64,000 bases of DNA from Mobula hypostoma. Taxonomy: Eukaryota. Shown one piece after another: positions 50,530 to 63,364 of the stretch. The notes under the pieces were generated by a model. The model did no database searches. It had not been told where the DNA came from and saw nothing but the letters and a program-made list of their open reading frames with translations. How positions within the stretch are numbered: the first letter of the stretch is position 1; every line of letters begins with the position of its first letter. The position numbers and the translations under genes are program-made. The DNA is taken from the NCBI RefSeq assembly GCF_963921235.1, contig NC_086097.1:134046001-134110000 (forward strand). The letters run 5' to 3'.

Positions 50530-53160
50530 TAGTCATGGAGTCATCAAACACTACAACATCTAAACAGGCCTATTGGCCCATCTAGTCCATGCCAAAACAT
50601 TAATCTACCTATTCCCATCGACTTGCACCAGATCATAGCACGCTGTACCCATCCCATCCATCTACCTATCCAAATTTCTCTTAAGTGTTGAAATTGAACC
50701 CGCATCCACCAGTTCTACTGGCAGCTCATTCCACACTCTCACCACCCTCTGAGTGAAGAAATTCTCCCTCATGTTCCCCTTAAGCACTTCACCTTTCACC
50801 CTTAGCCTATGACCTGTAGTTCTAGTCTTACCCAACCTCAGTGCAAAAAGCCTGCTTACATTTACCCTCTCTATAACCCTCATTATTTTGCATACCTATC
50901 AAATCTCCCCTTGTTCTTCTACACGCTATAGAATAATGTCCTAATCTATTCAAGTCCTCAAGTCCTCAAGTCCTGGCAACATGCTTGTAAATTTTCTCTG
51001 CACTCTTTCAGTCTTATTGACATCTATCCTGCAAGTAGGTGATGAAAACTGCACACAGTGCTTCACTACGGCCTCACCAACATCTTATACAACTTCAACA
51101 AAACATCGCGACTGTACTCAGAACTTTGATTTGTGAAGGCCAATGTGCCAAAAGCTCTCTTTACAACCCTATCCAAATGTGACACCACTTTCAAGGATTT
51201 TTGGATCTGTATTCCCAGATCCCTCTGTTTTACCACTCTCCTCAGTGCCCTGCCACTCACATGTAAGTCCTACCCTGGTTAGTCCTGTCAAAGTGCAACA
51301 CCTCACACTTGTCTGCATTAAATTCCATCTTCCATTATTCAGTCATCTTTCCAGCTGATCCAGATCCCACTGCAAGCTTTGATAGTCTTCCTCACTATCC
51401 ACTACACTCCCAATCTTGGTATCATCCACAAATTTGCTGATCCAGTTTACCACATTATCATCTAGATCAGTCAGATCCCTGCAGATCCCTGTATCATCCA
51501 GATCATCCAGATCCCTGTGGCACCCCACTAGTCACAGGCCTCCAGTCAAAGATGCAACCATCTCCTGCAAAGCCAATGTCTGATCCATGGTGACACAGTA
51601 GTGTAGTGGTTAGGACAACACTTTACAGTACAGGCAACCCTGGTTCAATTAGCATCGCTGCCTGTAAAGGAGTTTGTACGTTCTCCCCGTGTCCACGTGG
51701 GTTTCCTCCAGAGGCTCTGATTTCCTGCTGCAGTCCAAAGGTGTATGGTCACTGTAAATTATCCCATGATTAGGCTAGGATTAAATTAGGGGATTGGTGG
51801 GCAGTGCAGCTCAAAGGGCCAGGAGGGCATATTCCACGCTGTGTCTCAATCAATCAATCAATAAATAAATAGCTAACTAACTTGAATGCCACGGACTGAA
51901 CCTTCCTGACCAACCTCCCATACGAACACCCCAGGCTCACCGGCCTACAATTTCCTGACTTATTCTTAAACAACAGCACAGCATTAGCTATCCTCCAATC
52001 CTCCAGCACCTCATCTGTGACTAAGGACGTTTTGAATATCTCTGTGTGGGTCCCTCCAATTTCTGCACTAGCCTCCCACAGTGTCCGAGGGAACACTTTG
52101 TCAGGCCCTGGGGTTTTTGTCCACCTCAAGGCAGCAAACATCTCCTCCTCTGTAATCTGTATATGGTCTATTACCTCTCTATTGCTTTGCCTCATTTTTA
52201 TATACTCTGTGTCTGTCTTCCAAGTAAATACAGATGCCAAAATTTCATTTAAGATCTTCCCCATTTTTTTCACCTCCATGCATAGATGACCATTCTGATC
52301 TTCTAGACAGCCCACTTTATTCCTTGCTATGCTTTTGCAGTTAATATATCTGTCAAAGCCTCTGAGATTCTCCTTCACCTTGTCTGCTAGAGTAACCTCA
52401 TGCCTTCTTTTGCACCTCCTGATTTCCTTCCTAAGTGTTCTCTTACATTTCTCGCACTCCTCAAGTATTTAATTTGTTCTTGCTTGCTTATACCTGCTGT
52501 GCGCCTCCTTCCTTTTCTTAACCAGAGCCTCAATATCTCTAAAAAGCCAAGGTTCCCTAAACCTGTTATCCTTGTCTTTTATTCTGACAGGAAAATACAA
52601 ACTCTGTACTCTCATAATTTCACTTTTGAAGGCCTCCCACTTACCAAGTACACCTTTGCCAGAAAACAACCTGTCCCAATCCACACTTTCCAGATCCTTT
52701 CTGATACCATCAAAATTGGCTTTTCTCCAATTTAGAATCTCAATGCGAGGACCAGACCTATCCTCCATAATTATCTTGAAACTGATAGCATTATGATCAC
52801 TTGAATTAAGATGTTTCCCTACACAAACTTCTATCACCGGCCCAGTCTCATTCCCAAATAGAAGATCTAATATCATACACTCTCTCAATGGGACCTCTAT
52901 GTACTGATTTAGGAAACTTTCCTGAGCACATTTGACTAACTCTTTCCCATCCAGTCCTTTTACAGTGTGGAAGTCTCAGTCAATGCATGATAAAATCACC
53001 TACTATAGCAACTTTATGTTTCTTGCAATAGTCTGCAAATCTCTTTACAAATTTGCTTCTCTAAATCCCATGGACTGTTGGGTGGTCTGTAATATAGCCC
53101 CATTAATGTGGACGTCCCTTTCGTATTCAATTCCATTCATATAGGCTTAGTAGACGAGCT
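50530..53160 (-). mobile_element. CR1 LINE ORF2 (endonuclease to 3' UTR), decayed
   Basis: ILDLLFGNETGPV..SSDHNAISF; KTPGPDKVFPRTLWE; WISKFVDDTKIG; RDLGIQI; ENFFTQRVVRVWNELP. Confidence 0.9.
51588..51870 (+). mobile_element. V-SINE inserted in CR1
   Basis: tRNA-like head GTAGTGTAGTGGTTAG...GGTTCAATT; tail (TCAA)n(TAAA)n. Confidence 0.8.
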
Positions 53161-54606
53161 CTAACAAAGTTTCCTTTTACTGCCTCTCCACTGTATCTAA
53201 GTTAATTAAACCCTTCATTAATTAAGGAGGCCAGGTGTAGTATTGCATATCATTGTAGGAAGACTTCCCTTCTTTTTCTTGCTTGAAGTGGGAAATGACA
53301 GGGAGCCATGACCGCGGATTGCTTTAGAATTACAAATTTATGTTTTAATCATCGTTTTGGATAGTGAACAAGTTCTGTAATTTGCTATTTGCATTGAGTA
53401 TTCACTTCAGATCAGAGTATTGATGATTAGAAATTAGAACTGCACAGGGTGGAGTACATTTCAAGAGAATGGCAAGAAGCACATTCCCACAAGGGTATGT
53501 TGCATGTCAGTAGTTACACAGAGGATTTCAAAAGTGCTGTTAACTAATTCAAAGCTGAATATCATTCCACCATTGTAAACTGGAGACTTTATTCCTTTTT
53601 TAACAAACTTCCAAAATGAACCTGGGCACCATCGCTGTTGCAGTGGGACAGTGCACTGTTCAACTCTCTCCATTACTTCCTCCCTCCACTCTTTACAGAA
53701 GTGACCCTCATCGGCTAGCAATCCAGAAAGGCTTTAATTTAGTCATTTTCACTTCCCCTTACAGATCCTGCCATGGAATCCCAACCCTTTCCTAACTCAG
53801 TTACAGGGTAGGTAGAGGCCGTTCTGCCATTTTGGTCAGTGCTGGCTGCTGGTGGAGCAGTCCCATCAGTATGCTTGCCTCTTGCCCAACGTTAACAAAT
53901 CTCACGCCATATGTCGGTGACAATAAACCTGATTCTGAAAACCCTGTCGTTCAAGGCTCCAAAATTCAGTGCAGATATCCGTTTTTTTTTTAGATTCCCT
54001 CCTGGGACCTCCTTACCCCTTTTTCTTTCCAAAGGTGCAAATTTATTGTCATATACACCAGGGTGCAATGAAGATCCTTGCTTGCAGGTTCACAGAGAAA
54101 ACATGGTAATAATAAGTACAACAAAGGGTGCAAAAACATTGGAATGGTGCAAAGTGCAGGCATGTAATGTGAGGTAATGCAAAAAGAAAAGCTAAACTGA
54201 CAATAACAGAAGAGGAAGAACTAAAGGGTCGAGACTGTGACACCACCGGGAAGGCGATGGGAAAGAGGTCTCCTGTCTCAGCATCTCATTAAATAGCTTG
54301 TAAAAACTTATTTGATAACATTCCATTGATAATCTCATAAATACCAGCATTCTTAAGGGGGAGGAGGAGCAGCCAGAGATCATTTTACCTATTGGCAGCA
54401 ACATAGGTAGGAAAAGGGATCCTGAGAGCGAATAGAAGGAACTATGCAGGAAGCTGAAAAGCAGGACCTCAAGTGCGATGATCTCTGGAATGCTGCCTGT
54501 GCCGTGTGCCAGTGAGAGTAAGATTAGGATGAAATGGTAGTTGAATGTGTGTCTGATGAATTGGTGCAAGGGGCAGGGTTTCAGCTTTGTGGACCATTGC
54601 AGTTTG

Positions 54607-55011
54607 ATTGAAACATATAAGATTGATTGAAACATATAAGATTATTAAGGGACTGGACACATTGGAGGCAGGAAGCATGTTCCCTCTGATGGGTGAGTCC
54701 AGAACCAGAGGCCACAGTTTAAGAATAAGGGGTTGGCCACTTAGAACGGAGTTGAGGAAAAACTTTTTCACCCAGAGAGTGGTGGATATGCGGAATGCTC
54801 TGCCCCAGAAGGCTGTGGAGGCCAAGTCTCTGGATGTTTTCAAGAAAGAGATGGATAGAGCTCTTAAAGATAGCGTAATCAGAGGTTATGGGGATAAGGC
54901 AGGAACTGGATACTGATTGTGGATAATTAGCCATGATCACAGTGAATGGCGGTGCTGGCTCGAAGGGCCGAATGGCCTGCACCTGCACCTGCACCTATTG
55001 TCTATTGTCTA
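54607..55011 (+). mobile_element. Young CR1 3' fragment nested in CR1 ORF1
   Basis: Intact LIETYKIIKGLDTLEAGSMFPLMGESRTRGHSLRIRG...FFTQRVV and (CTATTGT)n tail. Confidence 0.88.
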
Positions 55012-55997
55012 ATATCACTTCTGGGAAGGGATGACCTATACAACTGAATGGAACGGGGGGGGACCAGTGCTGAGTTCCTCCAACATTTTGTGCGTGTTGC
55101 TTTGGATTTCCAGCACCCGCAGATTTTCTCATGTTTGGGGGACCAATGTCCTTATGGGCAGGTGTGCTGGAGCTGTTGGGGAGGATTTAAACTAGGTCAG
55201 CAGGGGATGGGAACCAGATGATAGGATGGAGCAGTTGGTGTAAAGGTAGGTGCAATGTGTAGAGAGACTGTGACGATGATGAGCCATGGGTGGCATAAGT
55301 GCAGTGAGTTAGATGAGTTGAAATGTGCTTATTTTAATGCAAGAAGTATCAGGAACAAAGGTAATGAACTTAGAGCAGGAGTCAGTGCATGGAACTACAG
55401 TGTTGTGGTCATTACAGAGACTTGGCTGTCATAAAATCCGGAATGGCTGCTGGACGTTCTGTGGTTTAGATATTTCAAAAGGGAAAGGGAGAGAGGTAAA
55501 AGAGATGGGGGTGTGGCATTTCTAACCTGGGATAGTATCACAGCTGCAGAAAGGGAGGCCATCATGGAGATTTTGTCTGCTAAATCAGTGTGGCTGGCTG
55601 TCAACAACAGGAAGAGAGCAAACACTCTGTTGGGTGTAGTCTTTAGACTCTCCCCCACTATTGCAACAGAGACAGTAAGGAACAGATCAGGAGGCAAATT
55701 TTGGAAAGGTGCAAAAATAACATGGTTGTTGACATGGGTAACTTCAATCACCTAATATTGTTTGGTAACTTCTTAGTGCAAAAGGTTTAGATGAGGTGGA
55801 ATTTGTTTGTGTCCAGGAAGGATTCCATGCGCAATATGTATACGTACAGGGGAGGCCATGCTGGATCTAGTACTAGGCAATGAACCTGGTCAGGTGACAG
55901 ATCTCTCAGTGAGTGAGCATTTTGGAGACTGACCACAACTTGCTGACCTTTACTGTAGCTTTAGACAGTGAAAGAAGCAGACAGTATGGAAGAGTAT

Positions 55998-56726
55998 TTA
56001 CTGTCGCTGCAGACAGTGAGGAGGTGAGGCTGATTCGGGAGATGAGCCATCTTGGGATGGTGTGAGGCGCAACGTGTTCGAGCTACTGGGGTCGCAGACG
56101 AAGTTCATATTGTTGCCTGAGTGAATGAGTGTTTGGAGAGGAGTTTCATTGCCCATCCACCTAACCTGAGTGCAAGGTTGGATCGCCACAAACGCTGAGC
56201 CGATTTGGTGACATCGAGAACGGCTTCAGGCTGAGCAGCCCAAGCATATCGGGGCGTCGGGATCTGGGTCCTAAAACTTGGCAATATCCAGTGCTTGGAT
56301 AAATTAAATGTCAGCCCGGATAGACTGGAAAGCCAGAGTGTTGGGAGCGGAGGTGAAGGTTGGGCTGATGTCTCTTGCTGCCCCGCAAATGTACATTCCT
56401 TCCTTCATGGCACTGAGGTATGAACCGATCTGGCTGCTGTGCGTTTTTGCCTACGGGTGTGATGAACTGGGGAGAAAGACTTTGGCCTACTCCGGCTGCT
56501 CAGGGTGCAGACCTGGGACTCAGTCCGGTTTAGAATGCTGTTGGGTCGTTTCTGTTGTTCACATGCTGTGTGTTTTTGTTTCTCTTTCTCTCTCTGCACG
56601 ATGGCTTTTTGGTCGCTTATTATTGGGTTATTTGGGTTTCTTGCTTTGTGGCTGTCTGTAAGCAGACAAACTTCAAGATGTATAATTTATACATTCTTTG
56701 ATAATAAATGTGCTTTGAATCTTTGA
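55998..56726 (+). mobile_element. Non-coding retroelement segment (LINE 3' UTR-like) nested in CR1
   Basis: Interrupts CR1 ORF2; ends AATAAATGTGCTTTGAATCTTTGA. Confidence 0.55.
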
Positions 56727-58391
56727 CTCTTAATGGGGGAGTGTGAATTATGAAGCTATGAGGCAGGAGCTTCAGAAGCAAATTAGGAACAGATGCACTC
56801 AGGGAAATGCACAACGGAAATGTGGAGGCTGTTTAGGGAGCTCTTGGATAGAGTTCCAGATAGATTTGACCCACTGAGACAGGGCAAGGATGATAGGGTG
56901 GAGGAACCATGGTTGACATGAGATGTGGAACATCTAGTCAAGAGGAAGAAAGAGGCATATTTAAGGTTTAAGAAGCAAAGATCAGAGAGGGCTCAGGAGA
57001 ATTAGCCAAGAAGCAGTTTAAGAAGGCACTTAGAAGAACTGGAAGAAAACATGAGAAGGCCTTGGTAATTAGGAATAAGGAAAATCCCAAAGCATTCTAT
57101 ATGAATGTGATGAACAAGAAGATGACTAGAATGATGGTTGGGCCGATCAGGGATACAAGAGGAAACTTATGCCTGGAGTTGGAAGATGTAGGGGACGTCC
57201 TCAGAGAATACTTTGCATCAGTATTCACCATTGAGAGGGACCTTGATGAATGTGTGGATAGCATAAAACATTAAACAGAAGGATATGCTGGAACATGTCA
57301 ATGTTAAACAAGAGGTATGCTGGAACACCTGAGAAGCATTAGGGTAGATAAGTCTTGGGGTCAGATGAGATATTCTACAAGTTACTATGGTGATGATCTT
57401 TGTGTCCGCACTGGCCACAGGAGTAGTACCAGAAATTGGAAGGTGCAAGTATTATTCCTTTGTTCAAGAAGGTAATAGGTCTAATCCTGGGAATTATAGA
57501 CCAGTGAGTCTTATTAACTGGTGGACAAACTATTGGAAAGGATTCTTAGAGACAGGATTTAAGAACATTTGGAGATGCATAGTCTGATTATGGATAGGCA
57601 GCATGGCTTTGTGAGGGGCAGGTCATACCTCATGAATCTGATCAAATTATTTAAGGAAGTAATAAAGCAAATTGATGAAGGTAGAGCAGTAGGTATGGCG
57701 TATATGGATTTCATAAGATGTTTGACAAGGTTCTCCAATCAGAAAGTCAGGAGGCATTAGTTCCAGGAAACTTGGCCTTGTGGATTCAGAATTAGTTTGC
57801 CCACAGAAAGCAGAGATTGGTAGTGGATAGAGTGCATTCTGCCTCAAGGTCAGTAACCTATGTTGTGCCGCAGGGATCTATTCTGGGACCTCTGCTCTTT
57901 GTGATTTTTATAAATAACTTGGATGAGGCCTTGGAAAAGTGGGTTAGTAATTTTGCAGATGACATGGAGGTTGGTGATATAGTGAATAGTGGGGAAGATT
58001 GTCATAGGTAACAACTGGACATTGATAGGATGCAGAGCTGGGTTGAGAGGTTGCAGATGGAGTTCAAACTGGAAAAGTGTGAAGTGATACACTTTGGAAG
58101 ATAGAACTTGAAGACAGAGTACAAGGTTAATGGCAGGATTCTTAGCATTGTGGAGGAACAGTGGAATATTGGAGTCCAAGTCCAAAGATCCTTCATAGTT
58201 GCTGTGCAAGTTGATTGGGTGGTTTAGAAAGCATATGCCGTGTTGGAATTCATTAGTTGGGAGATGAGTTCAAGATCTGTACTGTAATGTTACAGCTCTG
58301 TAAAACTTTGGTTTGACCTCACTTAGAGTATTGTGTTCATTTCTGGTCCCCTCATTATAAGAAGGATGTGGAAGCTTTAGAGAGGGTGCAG

Positions 58392-59425
58392 TGGATGGAA
58401 AAGATGCTGCGTGACCTACCATTGAGGCTGCCCTCAACTGCATCTTCTCCATTTCCTGGACATCCACCTTCAGCCCATCTTTCTGCCGCCATAACAGGGA
58501 TAGTGTTCCTTTTGTCCTTGCCTATCACCCCATGAGCTTTCGCATCCAGCACACCATTCTCTGCAATTTCCACCAACTGCAACACAATCCTACCACCAAA
58601 CGCCCCACTCCCCGCTTTCTGCAGGGATCCCTCATCCATGATTCCCTAGTTCATTCGTCCCTCCCCAGCAATCTCCCTCCCTGTAAGCGACACAAGCATC
58701 CACCTCCTCCCTCATCATTATGCAGGGCCCCCAAGCCATCTTTCTAGATGAGGTAACACTTCGCCTGCGGGGCGGTCGGGGTTAACTACCGTATCCATCG
58801 TTCCCAGGTGCAGCCTCCTCTACATTGCTGAGACCCAACATAGCCTGGGGTACCACTTTGTCAAGCACTCCATAGCAGTCAAGATTTCCCGGTGGCCAAC
58901 CATTTTAATTCCACTCACCACTCCCATTCCTACATGTAGGTCCGTAGCTCTATTGCCACAATGAGGCCACTCCTAAGCTGAAGGAGCAACTCCTTATGTT
59001 CCAACAGGATAGCCTCCAACCTGACGGCATGAACATCAAGTTCTCTGACCTCCAGTAATTTCTCCCATCTCCCCTTCTCTCTTTTTGCATTCCCCATTAT
59101 GGCTCCCCTCTAAACTCTTTCTCTTCTCATCTCTCATCACCTTCCATCTGGAGGTGCCTGTCCTCTGTCCCTTTCTCCCTGGGTCCACTCTCCTCTCTTC
59201 AACCCTTTACCTGGCTTTACCTTGTTGCCTTCCAGCTTGTACTCCTTCCACTCCCCAGCTTCTTATTCTGGCTTCTTCCTCCTTCCTTTCCAGTCCTGAT
59301 GAAGGGTCTCAACCTGAAACTTCAACTTTTTATTCCTCTCCATAGATGCCTCCTGACCTGAGTTCTTCCAACAGTTTGTGTGCGTTATCCTGGGTTTCCA
59401 GCATCTGCAGAGCCTCCTGTGCTTG
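58392..59425 (+). mobile_element. Penelope-like element 3' part nested in CR1
   Basis: VPFVLAYHPMSFRIQHTILCNFHQLQHNPTT, LLYIAET (GIY-YIG), SLQPDGMNI, and terminal hammerhead motif at 59291-59328; homologous to 23300-24400. Confidence 0.88.
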
Positions 59426-59699
59426 AGATTTACCAGGATGATGTCCTGAAGAGAGAACACATGGAGACAGGATGAGCGCACAGTGGCTTTTCTCTTTGCA
59501 ATAAAGGAGGATGGGGGGTGATTTGATGGAGGTAAAACATGATGACAGGCATTGATAGAATGGACAGGCAGCATTTTCATTCCCAGAGTGGAAGTGGCTT
59601 ATACAGAAGGGCATAATTGTAATGTAATTGGAGGAGAGTATAGGAGAGATCTCAGACACAAGTTCTTTATACAGACAGTGGTGTGAAAGGTGCAAACCT

Positions 59700-61330
59700 T
59701 TGGGAAGGTACAAAAATAAATTTCTGCATCCCGATCAGTGTCTCTGTTGCTACTGGGTGGGTCTATGGGCTACTCCCAATAGTGATTGCTTCTTTTCTGT
59801 TTCTGACTTTAGCCTACACTGAATCAGTAGACGATCCCTCCACAACGTCCTTCCTTTCTGCAGCTGTGATAATCTCCCTGATCAGAAACATCACCTCCTA
59901 CTCCTTCTACTTCCCTCCTGTCCCTCGTGAAACATCTAAGCCCCGGAATAGCCAATCTTGCCTTTGTAGTGGCCAAGTATCTGTAATAGCCACAACATCA
60001 TAGTTCCATGTACTGATATACGTTCTTGTTCCTGATACTGATAGTATCCTGCCGCTGTCAGTAAGGAGTCTGCACATTCTCCCCACAACCACGTGGGTTT
60101 CCTTCAGATGCTCTGGTTTCCTCCCACATTTCAAAGGCCAAACGAGTGAGTTGCAGGCATCCGATACTGGTGCCCGAAGCGAGACAATACAAGCAGGCTG
60201 CCTGGCGAAATCTTCGCTGTAAACAACGCATTTCGCTATATGTTCTGATTTAGGTGTGACAAGTGAAGCCAATCTTTATCTTTTATTTATACCCCGCTGA
60301 TTGCTTTTATGCCATATCCATGGCCCGTCCTTTCTCACAGCCTCACTGCATGCTGCATCTACATTTACACCTATGTCTCCATCTTCTGACCTATCACACT
60401 GGTTCCCATTCCCCTGCCACACCAGTTTAAATCCTCTCCAACGTCTCTATCAAACTTACCCGCAAAGATGTTGGTCCCCCTCGAGTTAAGGTGTAAAGGT
60501 GTAACCCGTCCCTTTTGTACAGGTCATACCTTCCCTGGAAAACATCCCAATGATCCTTAAATCTAAAACCCTGCACCAGTTCTTCAGTCATGTATTCAGC
60601 TGCCATATCATCCTATTCTTACCCTCACTGCTGCATGGCACAGGCAGCAATCCAGAGATTGCTACCCTTTAGTCGGTGCTTTTCAGCTTTTTACCTACCT
60701 TACTATATTCCCTCTGCAGAACCCCATTCCTTTTCCTACCTATTTGTTGGGACCAATATGTACCATGACTTCCAGCGGTTCACCCTCCCACTTAAGAATG
60801 CTGTGGACCTGACCTGAGACGTCCATGATCCTGGCACCTGGGAGGCAACATACCATCCAGGAGTATCTTTCATGTCCAGAAAATCTCCAGGTCCATTTCC
60901 TTCACTTCTGGATCCACTAACACCACTGCTCTCCTCTTCCCCACCCCCCCGCCGAGCCACAGAGCCAGAGTCCGTGCTGGAGACCTGATCGATGTTGCTT
61001 TCCCCTGGTAAGACATTCCACCCTCCCAACAGTATCCAACATGGTATGTTCTTGAGGGGAACAGCCACAGGGGTACTCGGTATTACCTGCCTATTCCTCT
61101 TCTGATCATCACCAGCTACCTGCCTCCTACAAATTAGGTGTGATTACCTCCCTGTAGCTCCTATCTACCACCTCTTCATTCTCCCAAAGGAGTAAAGGTC
61201 CTCCAGTTATCTAATACAGTCTGTGAAGATCTGCACCAAGACACACTTCTCGCAGATGTAGCAATTAGGGACATTCTCCCAGATTGCCCACATCTTGTAT
61301 GACAATTAAACCACTCACCAGGGATCCATT
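59700..61330 (-). mobile_element. CR1 5' region (ORF1 and start of ORF2), with a SINE fragment at ~60055-60280
   Basis: YISTWNYDVVAITDTW (endonuclease start); ORF1-like AVPLKN...; segments reverse-homologous to 54340-54600. Confidence 0.75.
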
Positions 61331-61609
61331 CTCACTACTCTAATAAAGAAAGAAAGAGAAAATCTACAGAAATCTCGACCTAACCTCTGCCCCCCTCGAT
61401 GAAACCTCCTGATCAAAACTTCAGCTCCCCACTCTAATGCTGACCGCTCTCACAGTGGCCATTCTGCCTAAATCTCACTTCTTTTTATTGGCCTTTGCCG
61501 AATGCCTAATAACCCAAACGATCTCAAGCTCCTCAAAAAGTCCCAACAAGCCCCGCTTGCTTTTTAAACCTGGTACTTATTCTCAACAAATAACTCAGGT
61601 TTACCTGAA

Positions 61610-62050
61610 TTAGAGGATATTAGCTACAAGGAGAGTTTCGACAAATCTGCATTGTGAATCGCTGGAGGCTGAGGGGAGACCTGATAGATGTTTGTAAAAA
61701 TTATGAGCAGCATAGGTAGAATAAACGTACAGAAACTTTCTCCCAAGATAGAAATATTGAGTACAAGAGGACATAGCTTTAAGGTGAGAGGGGCAAAGTC
61801 TAGAGGAGATATAGAACAAGTTTCTTCCACTGATAACAGTAGGTTCCTGGAATGTGCTGCCAGGGTTCTATTGGAAGCAGATAGGATAGTGGTGTTTAGG
61901 AGGCTGTTAGATAGGTATACGAATATGCAGTGAATGAAGGGATATGGATCATATACAAGGTGAAGGGATACATTTAATTTGGCATTATGGTGGGCACAGA
62001 CAGCATGAGTTGAGTGGCCTGCTTCTGTCCTGTACTGTTCTGTGTTCACT
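61610..62050 (+). mobile_element. CR1 3' fragment
   Basis: RLRGDLIDV..STRGHSFKVRG..VFRRLLDRY plus 3' UTR. Confidence 0.8.
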
Positions 62051-62059
62051 GCCAAATCC

Positions 62060-62069
62060 TGATTGACAG
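62060..62069 (+). promoter_or_regulatory. Pbx-Meis/Prep decamer TGATTGACAG
   Basis: Exact consensus in a short unique island between LINE/SINE debris. Confidence 0.35.
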
Positions 62070-63364
62070 CTGAAGAGCTGCTGAAACATTTTCAGGCTTG
62101 TAGCCAACAAGCTTAATGACTGCCACAAGTGTCATTCAAACTTTGCACTTTGCAGTGCATAACCTGAATCTAGACAGATAGTAACTTGTATTTTGATGGC
62201 ACCTTTCATGGTTTAAGACCTCCCAAAACACTTCACAGCCAGAAAAGGGCCTTCTGGTATGTACTGACTGTTGTAATGCAGGAAACCATGCAAGCCAATT
62301 CATGCACAACAAGCTCTCATAACTAGCAATGTGATAACATTGCCAGTTATGGGAGCCTGATGGGTAATTCACTGTTAAGTATTTCTGCTTTTACTGCTCC
62401 TATCCACGCTGTTATTTCTTCCATTTCAAGTAAACCCCTGAGTTCCCTACATTCCACCAACTCTGGTCTCTTGATCAATCCTGAATTTCTTTGCTCCACC
62501 AGTAGCATTGAGCCTTTGGCAGCTTGGATCCCAAAACGTTGCAATTTCCTTACAAATTTCTCTTTCCACCCCTACTCTCTCCCTTCCTTTCAGACACACC
62601 CTAAAACCCTCCTTTGCTGATCAAGCCTATGGCCACATGCCCCAAAATCTCCTTAGATAGATCATTGTAAGTTGTACTTTAATACCATTCCTTTGAAGTA
62701 CCTTGGGAACACTTAGGTAATTTAAGAGTGATATTAAAATATAAACTCAGGTGCAGGAGTGGAACCTGGTGTAGTCTTAGGCTGCTGCAGCCCAACCACT
62801 CCAAGGTTCAACATTTGTGTTCAGGGATGCTCTTCTGTTACAACTGTAAAGAGTGTCAGTGAGACCACTCCTTCAGTGTGGTGCAAATATTGGAAGCCTT
62901 ATTAAAGAATGAGTGCGCCACAATTGGAAGCAGTCCAGGATAGATTCACTAGGCCTACTCCTGGGATGAAAGCGTAGTTCAATTGTCAACTGCTAAGTAA
63001 AAGTTAGATCTCTATTGTACGGAATTTAGAAGAAAGCAAGATTATCTTATTGAATATAAAAGGTTATAAGGGAACATGAGAGGGTAGTTGTTGAGAACTT
63101 TTGACTAACAGGAATCATAGTGTTATAGAGTCATACAATATGGGAACAGGCCCTTTGGTCAAATTGATTCATGCCGGCCAAGATCCTCATCTAAGCTCTC
63201 TTCATTTGTCCATTTGAGGAGTTTCATTTCATTATAAGGTTTATCAGCATTAGTGAGTCTCTAATGACGGGACATTGTTACAAGATAAGGGGGAAGTCAT
63301 TTAACACTTTCTTTATGAAGAAGGTAGGATTTTCTCCTCTCGCAGGTTATAGAGGCTAGATCAC

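Larger units (their letters stand above)
54340..59690 (+). mobile_element. Long CR1 LINE (esterase-type ORF1 end + ORF2) with nested insertions
   Basis: ORF1 SGNH-like ISGMLPVP..NWCKGQGFSFVDH; ORF2 YFNARSIRNK, NPGNYRPVSL, QHGFVRGRS, VPQGSILGPLLFVIFINNL, FADDMEVG; continues after the PLE insertion at ~59425. Confidence 0.88.
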
